A DNA stretch of 64,000 bases from Eledone cirrhosa. Taxonomy: Eukaryota. The stretch is taken from NCBI GenBank assembly GCA_964016885.1, contig OZ024740.1, forward strand, positions 158,658,001 through 158,722,000. The letters are read 5' to 3'. The notes under the pieces were generated by a model, which ran no database searches, was not told the origin of the DNA, and saw only the letters and a list, made by a program, of their open reading frames with translations. Positions 18,001 through 31,489 of this stretch are shown piece by piece; positions within the stretch are counted from its first letter, which is position 1; the number at the start of each line of letters is the position of its first letter. Made by a program: the position numbers and the translations under genes.

Positions 18001-21000
18001 CCAACAACCACCACACCACCAACAACACTACCAACAGCCACCACACCACCAACAACACTACCAACAACCACCACACCACCAACAACACTACCAACAACCA
18101 CCACACCACCAACAACACTACCAACAACCACCACACCACCAACAACACTACCAACAACCACCACACCACCAACAACACTACCAACAGCCACCACACCAGC
18201 AACAACACTACCAACAACCACGACACCACCAACAACACTACTAACAACCACCACACCACCAACAACACTACCAACAACCACCACACCAGCAACATCAATA
18301 CCAACAGCCACCACACCAGCAACAAAACTACCAACAACCACCACACCAGCAACAACACTACCAACAACCACCACACCACCAACAACACTACCAACAACCA
18401 CCACACCAGCAACAAAACTACCAACAGCCACCACACCAGCAACAACACTACCAACAACCACCACACCAGCAACAACACTACCAACAACCACCACACCACC
18501 AACAACACTACCAACAACCACCACACCACCAACAACACTACCAACAACCACCACACCAGCAACAAAACTGCCAACAACCACCACACCACCAACAACACTA
18601 CCAACAACCACCACACCAGCAACAACACTACCAACAACCACCACACCACCAACAACACTACCAACAGCCACCACACCACCAACAACACTACCAACAACCA
18701 CGACACCACCAACAACACTACTAACAACCACCACACCACCAACAACACTACCAACAACCACGACACCACCAACAACACTACCAACAACCACCACACCACC
18801 AACAACACTACCAACAGCCACCAAACCAACAACAACACTACTAACAACCACCACACCACCAACAACACTACCAACAACCACCACACCACCAACATCACTA
18901 CCAACAGCCACCACACCACAAACAACACTACCAACAACCACCACACCAACAACAACACTACCAACAACCACCATACCACCAACCACCACACCACCAACAA
19001 CACTACCAACAACCACCACACCAGCAACACTACCAACAGCCACCACACCACCAACAACACTACCAACATCCACCACACCAACAACACTACCAACAACCAC
19101 CACACCACCAACAACACTACCAACAACCACCACACCACCAACAACACTACTAACAACCACCACACCACCAACAACACTACCAACAACCACCACACCACCA
19201 ACATCACTACCAACAGCCACCACACCACAAACAACACTACCAACAGCCACCACACCACCAACAACACTACCAACAACCACCACACCAACAACAACACAAC
19301 CAACAACCACCACACCAACAACAACACTACCAACAACCACCACACCAGCAACAACACTACCAACAACCACCACACCAACAACAACACTACCAACAACCAC
19401 CACACCAGCAACAACACTACCAACAACCACCACACCAACAACAACACTACCAACAACCACCACACCACCAACAACACTACCAACAACCACCACACCACCA
19501 ACATCACTACCAACAGCCACCACACCACAAACAACACTACCAACAGCCACCACACCACCAACAACACTACCAACAACCACCACACCAACAACAACACTAC
19601 CAACAACCACCACACCAGCAACAACACTACCAACAACCACCACACCAACAACAACACTACCAACAACCACCACACCACCAACAACACTACCAACAACCAC
19701 CACACCACCAACAACACTACCAACAACCACCACACCAGCAACAATACTACCAACAACCACCACACCAGCAACAACACTACCAACAACCACCACACCACCA
19801 ACAACACTACCAACAACCACCACACCACCAACAACACTACCAACAACCACCACACTACCAACAACACTACCAACAACCACCACACCACCAGCAACACTAC
19901 CAACAACCACCACACCAGCAACAACACTACCAACAACCACCACACCACCAACAACACTACCAACAACCACCACACCAGCAACAACACTACCTACAACCAC
20001 CACACCACCAACAACACTACCAACAACCACCACACCAGCAACAACACTACCAACAACCACCACACCACCAACAACACTACCAACAACCACCACACCACCA
20101 ACATCACTACCAACAGCCACCACACCAGCAACAACACTACCAACAACCACCACACCAGCAACCTACAACCCACAACCACCACACCAACAACAACACTACC
20201 AACAACCACCACACCAGCAACACTACCAACAACCACCACACCAACAACAACACTACCAACAATCACCAGACCAGCAACAACACTACCAACAACCACCACA
20301 CCACCAACAACACTACCAACAACCACCACACCAGCAACAACACTACCAACAACCACCATACCAGCAACAAGACTACCAACAACCACCACACCAGCAACAA
20401 CACTACCAACAACCACCACACCACCAACAACACTACCAACAACCACCACACCAGCAACAACACTACCAACAACCACCACACCAGCAACACTACCAACAAC
20501 CACCACACCAGCAACACTACCAACAACCACCACACTAGCAACAACACTACCAACAACCACCACACCAGCAACAACACTACCAACAACCACCACACCAACA
20601 ACAACACTACCAACAACCACCACACCAGCAACAACACTACCAACAACCACCACACCAGCAACACTACCAACAACCACCACACCAACAACCTACAACCCAC
20701 AACCACCACACCAACAACAACACTACCAACAATCACCAGACCAGCAACAACACTACCCACAACCACCACACCACCAACAACACTACCCACAACCACCACA
20801 CCACCAACAACACTACCAACAACCACCACACCAACAACACTACCAACAACCACCACACCAGCAACACTACCAACAACCACCACACCAGCAACACTACCAA
20901 CAGCCACCACACCACCAACAACACTACCAACATCCACCACACCAACAACACTACCAACAACCACCACACCACCAACAACACTACCAACAACCACCACACC

Positions 21001-22880
21001 ACCAACAACACTACTAACAACCACCACACCACCAACAACACTACCAACAACCACCACACCACCAACATCACTACCAACAGCCACCACACCACAAACAACA
21101 CTACCAACAGCCACCACACCACCAACAACACTACCAACAACCACCACACCAACAACAACACTACCAACAACCACCACACCAACAACAACACTACCAACAA
21201 CCACCACACCAGCAACAACACTACCAACAACCACCACACCAACAACAACACTACCAACAACCACCACACCAGCAACAACACTACCAACAACCACCACACC
21301 AACAACAACACTACCAACAACCACCACACCACCAACAACACTACCAACAACCACCACACCACCAACATCACTACCAACAGCCACCACACCACAAACAACA
21401 CTACCAACAGCCACCACACCACCAACAACACTACCAACAACCACCACACCAACAACAACACTACCAACAACCACCACACCAGCAACAACACTACCAACAA
21501 CCACCACACCAACAACAACACTACCAACAACCACCACACCACCAACAACACTACCAACAACCACCACACCACCAACAACACTACCAACAACCACCACACC
21601 AGCAACAATACTACCAACAACCACCACACCAGCAACAACACTACCAACAACCACCACACCACCAACAACACTACCAACAACCACCACACCACCAACAACA
21701 CTACCAACAACCACCACACTACCAACAACACTACCAACAACCACCACACCACCAGCAACACTACCAACAACCACCACACCAGCAACAACACTACCAACAA
21801 CCACCACACCACCAACAACACTACCAACAACCACCACACCAGCAACAACACTACCTACAACCACCACACCACCAACAACACTACCAACAACCACCACACC
21901 AGCAACAACACTACCAACAACCACCACACCACCAACAACACTACCAACAACCACCACACCACCAACATCACTACCAACAGCCACCACACCAGCAACAACA
22001 CTACCAACAACCACCACACCAGCAACCTACAACCCACAACCACCACACCAACAACAACACTACCAACAACCACCACACCAGCAACACTACCAACAACCAC
22101 CACACCAACAACAACACTACCAACAATCACCAGACCAGCAACAACACTACCAACAACCACCACACCACCAACAACACTACCAACAACCACCACACCAGCA
22201 ACAACACTACCAACAACCACCATACCAGCAACAAGACTACCAACAACCACCACACCAGCAACAACACTACCAACAACCACCACACCACCAACAACACTAC
22301 CAACAACCACCACACCAGCAACAACACTACCAACAACCACCACACCAGCAACACTACCAACAACCACCACACCAGCAACACTACCAACAACCACCACACT
22401 AGCAACAACACTACCAACAACCACCACACCAGCAACAACACTACCAACAACCACCACACCAACAACAACACTACCAACAACCACCACACCAGCAACAACA
22501 CTACCAACAACCACCACACCAGCAACACTACCAACAACCACCACACCAACAACCTACAACCCACAACCACCACACCAACAACAACACTACCAACAATCAC
22601 CAGACCAGCAACAACACTACCCACAACCACCACACCACCAACAACACTACCCACAACCACCACACCACCAACAACACTACCAACAACCACCACACCAACA
22701 ACACTACCAACAACCACCACACCAGCAACACTACCAACAACAAATGTACTAGCACCATCACCAACAACTCTACCAACAATAAAAACATCAGCACCCGCAT
22801 TATCAACAACGACCATGCTATCAACACTACCAACAATAAACACACCAGCACTACCAACAACTACTATACTAGCACCATGA
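1..22880 (+). CDS. Putative mucin-like PTS-domain exon (PTTLPTTTTP repeats), frameshifted as assembled; may be a pseudogene or non-coding minisatellite
   Basis: The local PTTLP frame has no stop until TGA 22878-22880. Many unit variants are synonymous in this frame (acg, act, cct, ccc, ctg, tta), and most indels are multiples of 3. Frameshifts at ~2095, ~11265, ~20161, ~20688, ~22025, ~22552. No start, signal peptide or flanking domain in the window. Confidence 0.5.
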
Positions 22881-22992
22881 CCATCAACCACCATACCAGC
22901 AACACCACCAACAATAAACACACCAGCACTAGCAACAACCACACCTGCACCACAACCACCAACCTCCACACCAATAACAACACCAAAGACTT
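1..22992 (+). repeat. Giant 30-bp minisatellite array (~760 units, with 27/18-bp variants); begins upstream of the window
   Basis: Unit ACCAACAACACTACCAACAACCACCACACC is visible throughout; it degenerates from ~22,740 and ends at ...ACACCAAAGACTTGTAAATAG. Confidence 0.98.
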
Positions 22993-24099
22993 GTAAATAG
23001 CTATGGTTCTCTAGCAGTATTTATATATTCCATACATAGCAGTGAGGAGTCCATGGTGCAAAGCTATATATAATTTTAAAGTCCATTGATTATAACTGCT
23101 ACTACCAAGGAGGAGGAATAGGAGGAAGTAGAAGCGGAGGAGTGTTAGTAGTTAGAGGATATGTTGTTGGATTAAGAAGGGTTGTGATGGGAGTCTATGT
23201 GGTGTTAAGATTGGGGTAAGGATTGCTTGATGGTCTACCATTTAGCTCTTAACGTCCTGCACCACATGAAACCACATTAGCAAGATATTCCTGAAATGTA
23301 TAAAACTGCACTATGACTGCATCAAATTAAAAATGAAGCCTTCAATTTAGTTTACTGTGAATTTTTATAATGATTTGTCCACTAGTAAAGATGATATAAA
23401 GATTTAAATTCACAGATTAATTTTTAGATATTTTCTACTAGATCATTATAGGATGGTAAGTGTTAATTATCAGCTCTGTTATGATGGTATTACTAATAAT
23501 GGTGATGTTGGGGATAGTATATTTAGTAGCGGTAGCTGATGTTGCTAACCCCAACCCTTATCCGGTTGAGGTTTGATGAAACATATTCCAGCCAGGTCCA
23601 TTCAGTTATATATTCAATGTTAGTGTATCTAAGTCAACTTTTTCCACTCAGCCTTTTTTTAAAGATGGTAGGGTGACATGGTTGTTATTTCCAAACAGCC
23701 ACACAGAAACCTTCTTTTGCTCTTACTCTTTCTCATTCATTGACTCATGTAGTTATATCTAAGTGATGCTTTGGGTCGTTATATTAGCCTTCAAAGAATA
23801 GAGATAGCAGAATGAAACAAACTCTTTTGCTTTGTAGGGGTGAAGGCATCTCCTCTAGTGTTGGTGCAACAATAAAATGTGCCCAACACACTGTAAAAAA
23901 GATGGAAATTGAAGAGAGACAATGTACAGCAGAGAGGGCTTTTTACATTGTCAAGGACATGGCAACCTCTCTAATACTGATGTCATGATAAAATGCACCC
24001 AGTACATTCTGTATAGTGGTTCACAATTGAACAAAAAAAATATAAGGTAGAGAGAGCTTGTTAGTTTTGTCAAAGGCCTGATGACATCTCTAACGCACC

Positions 24100-24322
24100 A
24101 TCTAGGATAGAATACACACTGTAACCTCTGTAAAGTGGCGCTAGGAAGGGTATCTAGTTGTAGAAACCATGCTAAAAATGGGGCATACAACAACCAGGAT
24201 ATGATCCTCTGACCGATCGAGGAGAGCAGTACCTCCAAATAAGACATGATTCAGACCATAACGACATCTCCAACCCATGCGATCATGGAAAGCAGACATA
24301 AAATGATGATGATGATGATGAT
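24100..24322 (+). mobile_element. Degenerate 3' end of RTE-type LINE family with (GAT)n tail
   Basis: TAGGAAGGGTATCTAGTTGTAGAAACC ... CAACCCATGCGATCATGGAAAGCAGACATAAAATGATGATG matches the 3' UTR of the LINE at 58401-59559. Confidence 0.65.
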
Positions 24323-24791
24323 GTGTGTGTGTGTGTGATCTTGGCGTTGACAAGATTGAAAACACTGAATGGGGAATAAATTTTCACAATGGACAAATAA
24401 CAACAACACTCTGTCTGTCTCACTAAGTGCACATGATATGCTGGTTCCTTACCCACTTCTTTCTTGCCTGGAAAGTATCACTGCAAGGCCAATTATTAAG
24501 TGAAACCACACCTTTGTGTCTATGTAATCTGTCTTGGGAGACTGGTCCTTGATATATGTGTTTCTTTCCCAGCATGCTATGTTTGTCTGTCTGGGGTGAA
24601 GTTGGAAGAAGGTGGAAGAAGTCCAACAGTGATAATAGACATGTCCGTATAGGTGATTTGAAGGGTTTACCAGACAGAGAAGAGACTGAGAGGTGAAAGA
24701 GAAGAGGAGGAGGAGGGGGAGAGAATGAATGGTAGCCTTCAAGGGATATTAAGAGATAAGACAAAAAATACTCTATGTATATATATGTATA

Positions 24792-24843
<52 letters not shown>

Positions 24844-25400
24844 TAAAATGATAAAATTGACATTGGTGTACTGAGTGCCGTGCATGATAAATTCCTAACT
24901 TATTAAAATTTCCTTTGTGGACAGCAAAGGCAATATAAAAACCTGCCGGTGATTGTTAACAACTGTGAATGTGAAGGGGAGATCATTTAAAGAAATTAAT
25001 AATGCATTCTTAAGGAATAAACATATTAGGAAAAAAAGACAAATCTGTCATTCATTGTGGAGGCAAAGGACAGCTAAGACCACGTGTCTCTGCCTCAATA
25101 GTCTTCATCAGCTTAACGTTGCCCTTCTTGCCTCAGAATAGATCTTGACATTTTGACATAAAGAAAAAGAGTTGAGAACATTCTTGGCCAATGGTAATTT
25201 ACATAATTAAAATGAAAAAGTGCTAAGAGAAAATAACTCAAAAGGGTTAACTGGATGAATTTGGATTACAAAGTGGATGGTCGTGTAGTTACATATGTGT
25301 GTTTGTGTGTGTCTGCCTCTGTGTGTGTGTATATCAATGTATGTGTGTGTGTGTCTCCGGATTAATCAGTATCAGTCTTTTTTGTTGATTAATTGAAATC

Positions 25401-25935
25401 ATTATTATTGATAAGGCGGTGGATTGGCAGAGTTGGTAGAGGATTGGACATGCTTTCCAGCATAGTTACGTCCCTTTACGATCTGAGTTCAAATCCCGCC
25501 GAAGTTAACTTTGCCTTTCATCCTTACGAGGTCGATAAAATAAAGTACCAGTAATGTACTGGGTTATTGCTGGCCTTGTGCCGAAAGTAGAAACAATTAT
25601 TATTGATAAGGATGGTCTGAGTTCAAATCCCGCCGAGGTTAACTTTACCTTTCATCCTTACGGGGTCGATAAAATAAAGTACCAGTAATACACTGCGATA
25701 ATTGCTGACCTTGTGCCAAAAGTAGAAACAATTATTATTGATAAGGATGGTGGATTGGCAGTATTTAGTCATGACACTTTACATTGTGAGTTCAAATCCT
25801 GCTGAGGTTAGCTTTGCCTTTCATCCTTACGGGGTCGATAAAATAAAGTACCAGCAACGCACCGGTGTTGGTTTAATCAATTTCCCCTTCCCTTCAAATT
25901 ACTGGCCTTGTGCCAAAAGTAAAAATAATTATTGT
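25401..25935 (+). mobile_element. Three tandem copies of tRNA-derived SINE (family A)
   Basis: Box A-like TGGCAGAGTTGG, box B GAGTTCAAATCCC, shared body CTTTCATCCTTACGGGGTCGATAAAATAAAGTACCAG and ATTATT tail; junction ATTATTATTGATAAGG occurs three times. Confidence 0.85.
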
Positions 25936-26151
25936 TGAAGAAAACCATGGGTGAAAACCATTGCAAGAAAACCATGGGTGACAGAAAAATACTGAAAACA
26001 CATTGGATTCAACATATAGAACTACATAAGGGGCATGTAGTATTTCATATGACAATGTAATATAACTCTATTCCTAGTGCTCAAATGCATTGACCTACTC
26101 AACTGGAAATTAGTTTCAACTACCTAGTGTGTGTAACTCCCTGTAGGTTAA

Positions 26152-26363
26152 CCCTTTAGCATTTAAACCACCCGTATCTGACCAGAATTCTCTCACCTCT
26201 TTCTGTTCAAACCAGCAGTAACGTGCCACTCATACTTATGTTAAGGTATTGTTTTCGAAATAAATAATATCAAAATCTCATAGATTCAATATTATGTGAG
26301 ATAAAACCTTTACCATGAAAATATTATACTATAATATACAGAGAGTAATGTAAATGCTAAGGG
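26152..26363 (+). mobile_element. piggyBac-like MITE
   Basis: TTAA on both sides; TIRs CCCTTTAGCATTTA / TAAATGCTAAGGG; five related copies in the window. Confidence 0.85.
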
Positions 26364-26484
26364 TTAAAAGGGTGTTAATGAAGGAGAATGACACTCCTAC
26401 CCACCTGAGAGGATATGTGTTTAACTGATTTTTTAAAAAAGGAATTAATTTAATTATAAAGATTCTGATTACATGTTTATTTAA

Positions 26485-26678
26485 CCCTTTAGCATTTACA
26501 TTACTCTATATTTACTATTATATTTTCATGGTAAAGGCTTTATCTCATAATTATCTCACATGATATCGAATCTATGAGATTTTGATATTTATTTTGAAAA
26601 CAACACCTTAACAGCTGGTTTGAACAGAAAGAGGTGAGAGAATTCTGGCTGGATATGGCTGGTTTAAATGCTAAAGGG
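26485..26678 (-). mobile_element. piggyBac-like MITE, inverted copy of the same family
   Basis: TTAA flanks; TIRs CCCTTTAGCATTTA / TAAATGCTAAAGGG; interior is the reverse complement of 26152-26363. Confidence 0.85.
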
Positions 26679-27027
26679 TTAAAGGTATTCAAAATGTTTC
26701 CCAGTAATAATGATTCCTGTTATCTTATCTTACTAAAACAAAACATACAATTTAATGATCAAATTTAAGAACTGGTAAATTTATATGTTTGTCAACAGTT
26801 CTCTATTTTTAAAACAAAGCTGATTTCTTGCAGGCATGTGTATGTTACCTTTTATGGTAAAATCTGCCTAATTTTGACACCATGTGCTCTGAAATAATAG
26901 CTCATTAATTGTAATTAATTTTGAAATATTATAATACTATACTTACACAATACATAATTACACATTAGATAATCAACAACTGATTAATCAGCCAATTTGA
27001 TTATTGGTCCATCCTTAGTATATATAT

Positions 27028-27525
27028 ATCATCATCACTGTTTAACGTCTATTTTTCCACTCTAGGGTTAAATGAGTTGTCCTGTTGTGAGCAATGCCAG
27101 GTCAGGTGACCATGTCTTGCTCATACAGAACTGATTCTGGCTTGGTTTCTACAGCTAGATGCCCTTCCTAACACCAACCTTATTTACAGTGTGAACTGGG
27201 TGCTTTATATCATAAAAAGTGATCAGTGACATTACTTAGGTTTGTCATAAACAATATTTCCAGTTAGAATGATTGTTTTGTGACATATATCATATTTTAG
27301 TAAAAAGTATTAGTTGGTATGTAGAAGGTTGCCACAAAAGTCTTTTCCCAACCCATCTAAGCATGGTAAAAGTGGATTTAAAAATGACGATGATTTTTAT
27401 ATATCATTGTTTAATGCCCGATTTCCATGCTAGCATGGGTTAGATGGGTTGTCCCATTTGAGGCAAGTTGGGTTAGGTGACCGTGTCTTACTCTTATAGA
27501 ACTGTTTCTGGCTAGGTTTCTATGG
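27028..27525 (-). mobile_element. Cluster of short RTE-family 3'-end fragments
   Basis: CATCATCA..GTTTAACGTC..., TTCTACAGCTAGATGCCCTTCCTAACACCAACC and CCATGCTAGCATGGGTTAGA match 58401-58600. Confidence 0.7.
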
Positions 27526-28528
27526 AGTAAGAGACAAGATAAAACAATAACTCCATGGAGTAAGAGACAAGATAAAACAATAACTCATAACCATTAAGCC
27601 ATAACAAGTACACATAGAATATATATATTAAGTATAACAAGATAAAATTTCAATTAGAGTTTTTTGAGCAGTTATTAATTTTTTCAGGCGTCCCCCTTCC
27701 CTGCACACTTTTATTCCAACCCTGCTGCTTATTAAATTTTGCTAATCTATCTCTGGCAAAATTTTATTGTAAGTGATTCATATCAATACAGCAGCTGGAG
27801 AATCTAATAATAATTTTATTTTACATTAAAAAAACATATGATAAAAAAAAAAAAGAACATTACAAGAAATCTCATATTTACGAATGTACATTATACACCC
27901 CCCCCCCTCCCGCTTATTAGAATTTAAGCAAATGTGCACCCCCACCCCTGCTTATTCCAATGCCCTCTATTATTTGGGACCTGAGAGTACGTATGTTTCA
28001 CAGATGATTGGCTCAAGACCTATATTTATGTTACAGACTCAACTCCATCAATCTGCTCATCAGATTTGTTGATTAAACTAAAAACAAAATCTCATCGTTT
28101 GCTGTGATATTACTTTGTTATACTCCTTGCAAATATGATGAAATAATATATCTGATTTGATTCTGCTTAATTGTATATCTGATAATTGCATTACTTCAAT
28201 ACTCTGTACTATTTAGCATCAAACCTCTGTAACATTGGTTGGTTAATTGTATTTGCAAATAAAGTCAATTTCAGTTAATTGTATAACATCTTTTTCTAAA
28301 TTTGAGAGAATAAAACATTGGTAAAAATCTAGTTTAGAATTAGATATTTGATTTAATATAAATAAGGTGATTCTGAAAAATTCTATTTTCATGATTGAAA
28401 ATGACAGTCATTGGTACTTCATGTTTACAAAATGATGATGTCAAAAAATCTCATGTATTTCATTTACCCTATTTTCAGTTGCATAATAAAGTATTTCAAT
28501 AAATATCCACATTGTTAATAAAACTGAA

Positions 28529-28660
28529 GGCACGTAGCTTGGTGGTTAGAGAGTTGTATTCGCAGTGATGAGGTTGCAAATTCAATTCTTGGACTGGGTG
28601 ATGCGTTGTGTCCTTGAGCAGGACAGTTTATTTCACGTTGCTCTTTCTACCAGGAGTTGC
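28529..28660 (+). mobile_element. tRNA-derived SINE (family B), partial
   Basis: TAGCTTGGTGGTTAGAG box A, ATTCAATTC box B remnant, then TGTGTCCTTGAGCAGGACA; homologous to 34461 and 36358. Confidence 0.7.
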
Positions 28661-29044
28661 GACCAGTAGATAGTATCAGCAATGGAAAGACCAATGGAAA
28701 CATTGTTTCCTTGGTTTGATTTGACAAGGTCCACCCCATTCGGCAAGCGAATGAGGTCTGGGATCTTGTTGATTGATCAGAGCGATAGATAAAACTTTTT
28801 AAATGATAGTTTGGAACCAAGTGGGGGAATAGACAGTATTTTGTTGTTTTCAAAATAGGTATTTTATATGATTAGCCTCTAACCCAATTAAATTTGTTTT
28901 CAATCAATATGCTCCAAGTTATTATTGAATAACTCGAAGCATGTGAAAGTCATTGTCGAGGACATATGAATCTGGCTAAGGTAATTGAAGAACATCAAAG
29001 TAAATGGTAAAACCTGATAGGTGATAATTAAAATGGTTGCATTG

Positions 29045-29366
29045 TCATCATCATCATCATTTTACGTCCGCTTTTTCCCTGCTTGCAAGGGTGGGACGGG
29101 AACTGATACTGGCTTGATTTCTACAGCTGGATGCCCTTCCTAACACCAACCTCATTTACAGTGAGTGGTGGGTGCTTTTTTGCCATGGCACCTCCATGAT
29201 CACTTTGCAATGGAATGATAGGGACCTCAGTCCCTATCAGCTCATTTCTACAGCTGAGTAAACTGGAACAATGTGAAATAAAGTCTCTTGCTCAAGGAAA
29301 CAACACATCATCCGACCCGAGAATTGAACTCACAACCTTTCGATTGCAAGGCCAATGCTCTAACCA
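29045..29366 (-). mobile_element. RTE 3'-end fragment joined to a SINE head
   Basis: (CAT)n + CTGGATGCCCTTCCTAACACCAACC, then GCTCAAGGAAACAACAC...GAATTGAACTC...GCTCTAACCA, the reverse complement of a family B-like head. Confidence 0.65.
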
Positions 29367-29513
29367 AATACTGTCTATTCCCCCACTTGGTTCAATACCA
29401 ATCAATAAACAAATAACTTGGGACTGTGTTGAACAAAAGTAAATTATGTATAGACAGTAGTTGCTTTATGGGAATAACGAGATTGGAACAATTAGGGGAA
29501 GCATTGCAGCAAA

Positions 29514-29850
29514 GAGTTACGGCTCTTTATGGTCTGAGTTCAAATCCCGCCGAGGTTAACTTTGCCTTTCATCCTTACGGGGTCGATAAAATAAAGTACC
29601 AGTAATACACTGGGTATTTGCTGGCCTTGTGTCAAAAGTAGAAACAATTATATAATGGGTGGTGGATTGGCAGTATCGGTAGTGAGTCGGACGCCATGCT
29701 TTGACGCATAGAGTTACGGCCCTTGCCATTCTGAGTTCAAATCTCGCCGAGGTTAACTTTGCCTTTCATCTTTACGGGGGTCGATAAAATAAAGTACCAG
29801 TAATACACTGGGTAATTGCTGGCCTTGTGCCAAAAGTAGAAACAATTATT
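29514..29850 (+). mobile_element. Two tandem SINE family A copies
   Basis: Same box B and body as 25401-25935. Confidence 0.85.
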
Positions 29851-31174
29851 TCAATACTAGATGTAGTATTATCTAACGTTCCTTTGAAAATAGTGAAGTG
29901 ATTTTTGTGAAAATAGTGAAGTGAGGTGATACCTAATTTGGGACCCTATCCTGGCTTATGGATCTTCCCCTCCCCTGACTTTGAAATGTGAGGTTAGTTT
30001 TGTTGCAGAAATTACTAACAGATACCTGTCCTGAGTGAGGGCCTGTGATGAGGCTTGTAATCATGTGGAACAGAGATATCTCATGCCTTAGTGCTCCATA
30101 GGGAACAAAAGGGACTAAAGCAGGAGGAGGGGAAGAAGCAGAAGAAGAAATGTTGTTGTTGTCATCATCAAGACATATGAATCTGTTTTAGATTGGGTTA
30201 TTGAAGAATATCCACAGGATTAAATAAAACATTTGTCATGCCAATTCATATCAACAACAAAAAACCAAAACAAACTTAGGCTGGGTGTACACAAAATGAG
30301 TTTAAACCTTTTTTATACTAACCCACTTCAAATTGCCTCTGGTGTTATGAAACCAAACCATCCCTTCTAAAAGGTTCCTATTCAGATTAAAGTTTCCCAA
30401 CAAATACCATCTTAAAACTGAAATAATTAATCATTTTAGTGAATTCTTTATTAATTTATTGAAATGTAGTGTATACCATTAGAAATATCATCATGAAAGG
30501 GTTAGGTAAAAAAAAATTATTTTATTATATAATCTATAGAGGAAGAAATATTGGTTATTAATGGAAAAGATTGTTGTTACGACTACTGGTGTGATTGGTT
30601 GCTAGATTGCTGCTCTTCTCTGTCAAATTGTATGAATGTGTCACATGTGAGGAAGTAGCTCTGTGAGGTGGAAAGACTGATGTAGCAAGTAGCTCTGTGA
30701 GGTGGAAAGACTGATGTAGCAAGTATCACTGGGTTTTCTTTGTGTCAATGCTTTTCCTATCTTGTTCATAAAGTCTAGCTGATTAACTAATGGTGTGGAG
30801 TTTGCTTTATTTTTGTTTGGTTATTGTTTATGTGTATTTGAAAAATAAATATCTCATGTGTGAGATGGCCACAGTATCTTACTACTGACAACATATTGAA
30901 ATCTCATGATATATTACCAATACTACAAATTTGGTCATTGCATACACTAGTTAATTGCAGAAGAATCTCAATTCTTGAGGCCATGCAATTAAGTGCATAC
31001 AACATAAAAACAAACATAACACTTGCTAACAATATAGAAACTGAAAGATCTTTTCATAAGAAGAACTAGGTAATATGTATCTTCAGAGAAGAACTAGGTA
31101 ATATGTTTGTTGAAAAAGAGATGAGGAATCTATAATATAGAATACATTACAGAGTTTGTATGAGACAAGTGTAT

Positions 31175-31468
31175 GCAGCATGGCCAAATGGTTAAGAGGT
31201 TCGCTTCACAATCATTAGGTCCTGGGTTCAATCCTCCTGTGCAGCATTTTGGGCAAGTTTCATTTACCATAATATTGAATTAGCCAATACATTGTGAGTA
31301 GAGAAAAACTGTTTGGATAGACTGTCTCTATAATTCAAAGAGCCAGATGTCAGACTGAATTTTCCAGGGAATTACATTATAAGTAATCATGTCTGTGGAA
31401 TGCACAGCTATGTACATGTTAATTTCACAAGCAGACTGTTCCATTGATTAAATAACTGAAGCACTCAT
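31175..31468 (+). mobile_element. tRNA-derived SINE (family C)
   Basis: TGGCCAAATGGTTAAG box A, GGTTCAATCC box B, TTGGGCAAG; a partial reverse copy lies at ~32110-32285. Confidence 0.65.
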
Positions 31469-31489
31469 AGTTGAAACTGACAGAGGTCC

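Noticed and set aside
9894-21017. 3707-aa ORF as a real gene
   Set aside because: Its ATG is a point variant inside the array, and it wanders across three repeat frames through frameshifts.
2071-22969. Minus-strand V/L/W-rich and G/V/S-rich ORFs
   Set aside because: Antisense readings of the 30-bp repeat. The VVLL frame is repeatedly broken by variants that are synonymous on +, and most starts are TTG/GTG. The GSVV frame cannot be strictly excluded but has no supporting context.
1-22992. Telomeric repeat
   Set aside because: Strong C/A strand bias, but the unit is 30 bp, not TTAGGG-like, and it varies in codon-sized steps.
25415-25500. tRNA genes at box A/B motifs
   Set aside because: No full cloverleaf; each continues into a shared SINE body and tail.
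27523-31108. Small direct duplications (~27523, ~29886, ~30652, ~31059)
   Set aside because: Ordinary 17-34-bp slippage duplications with no sign of function.
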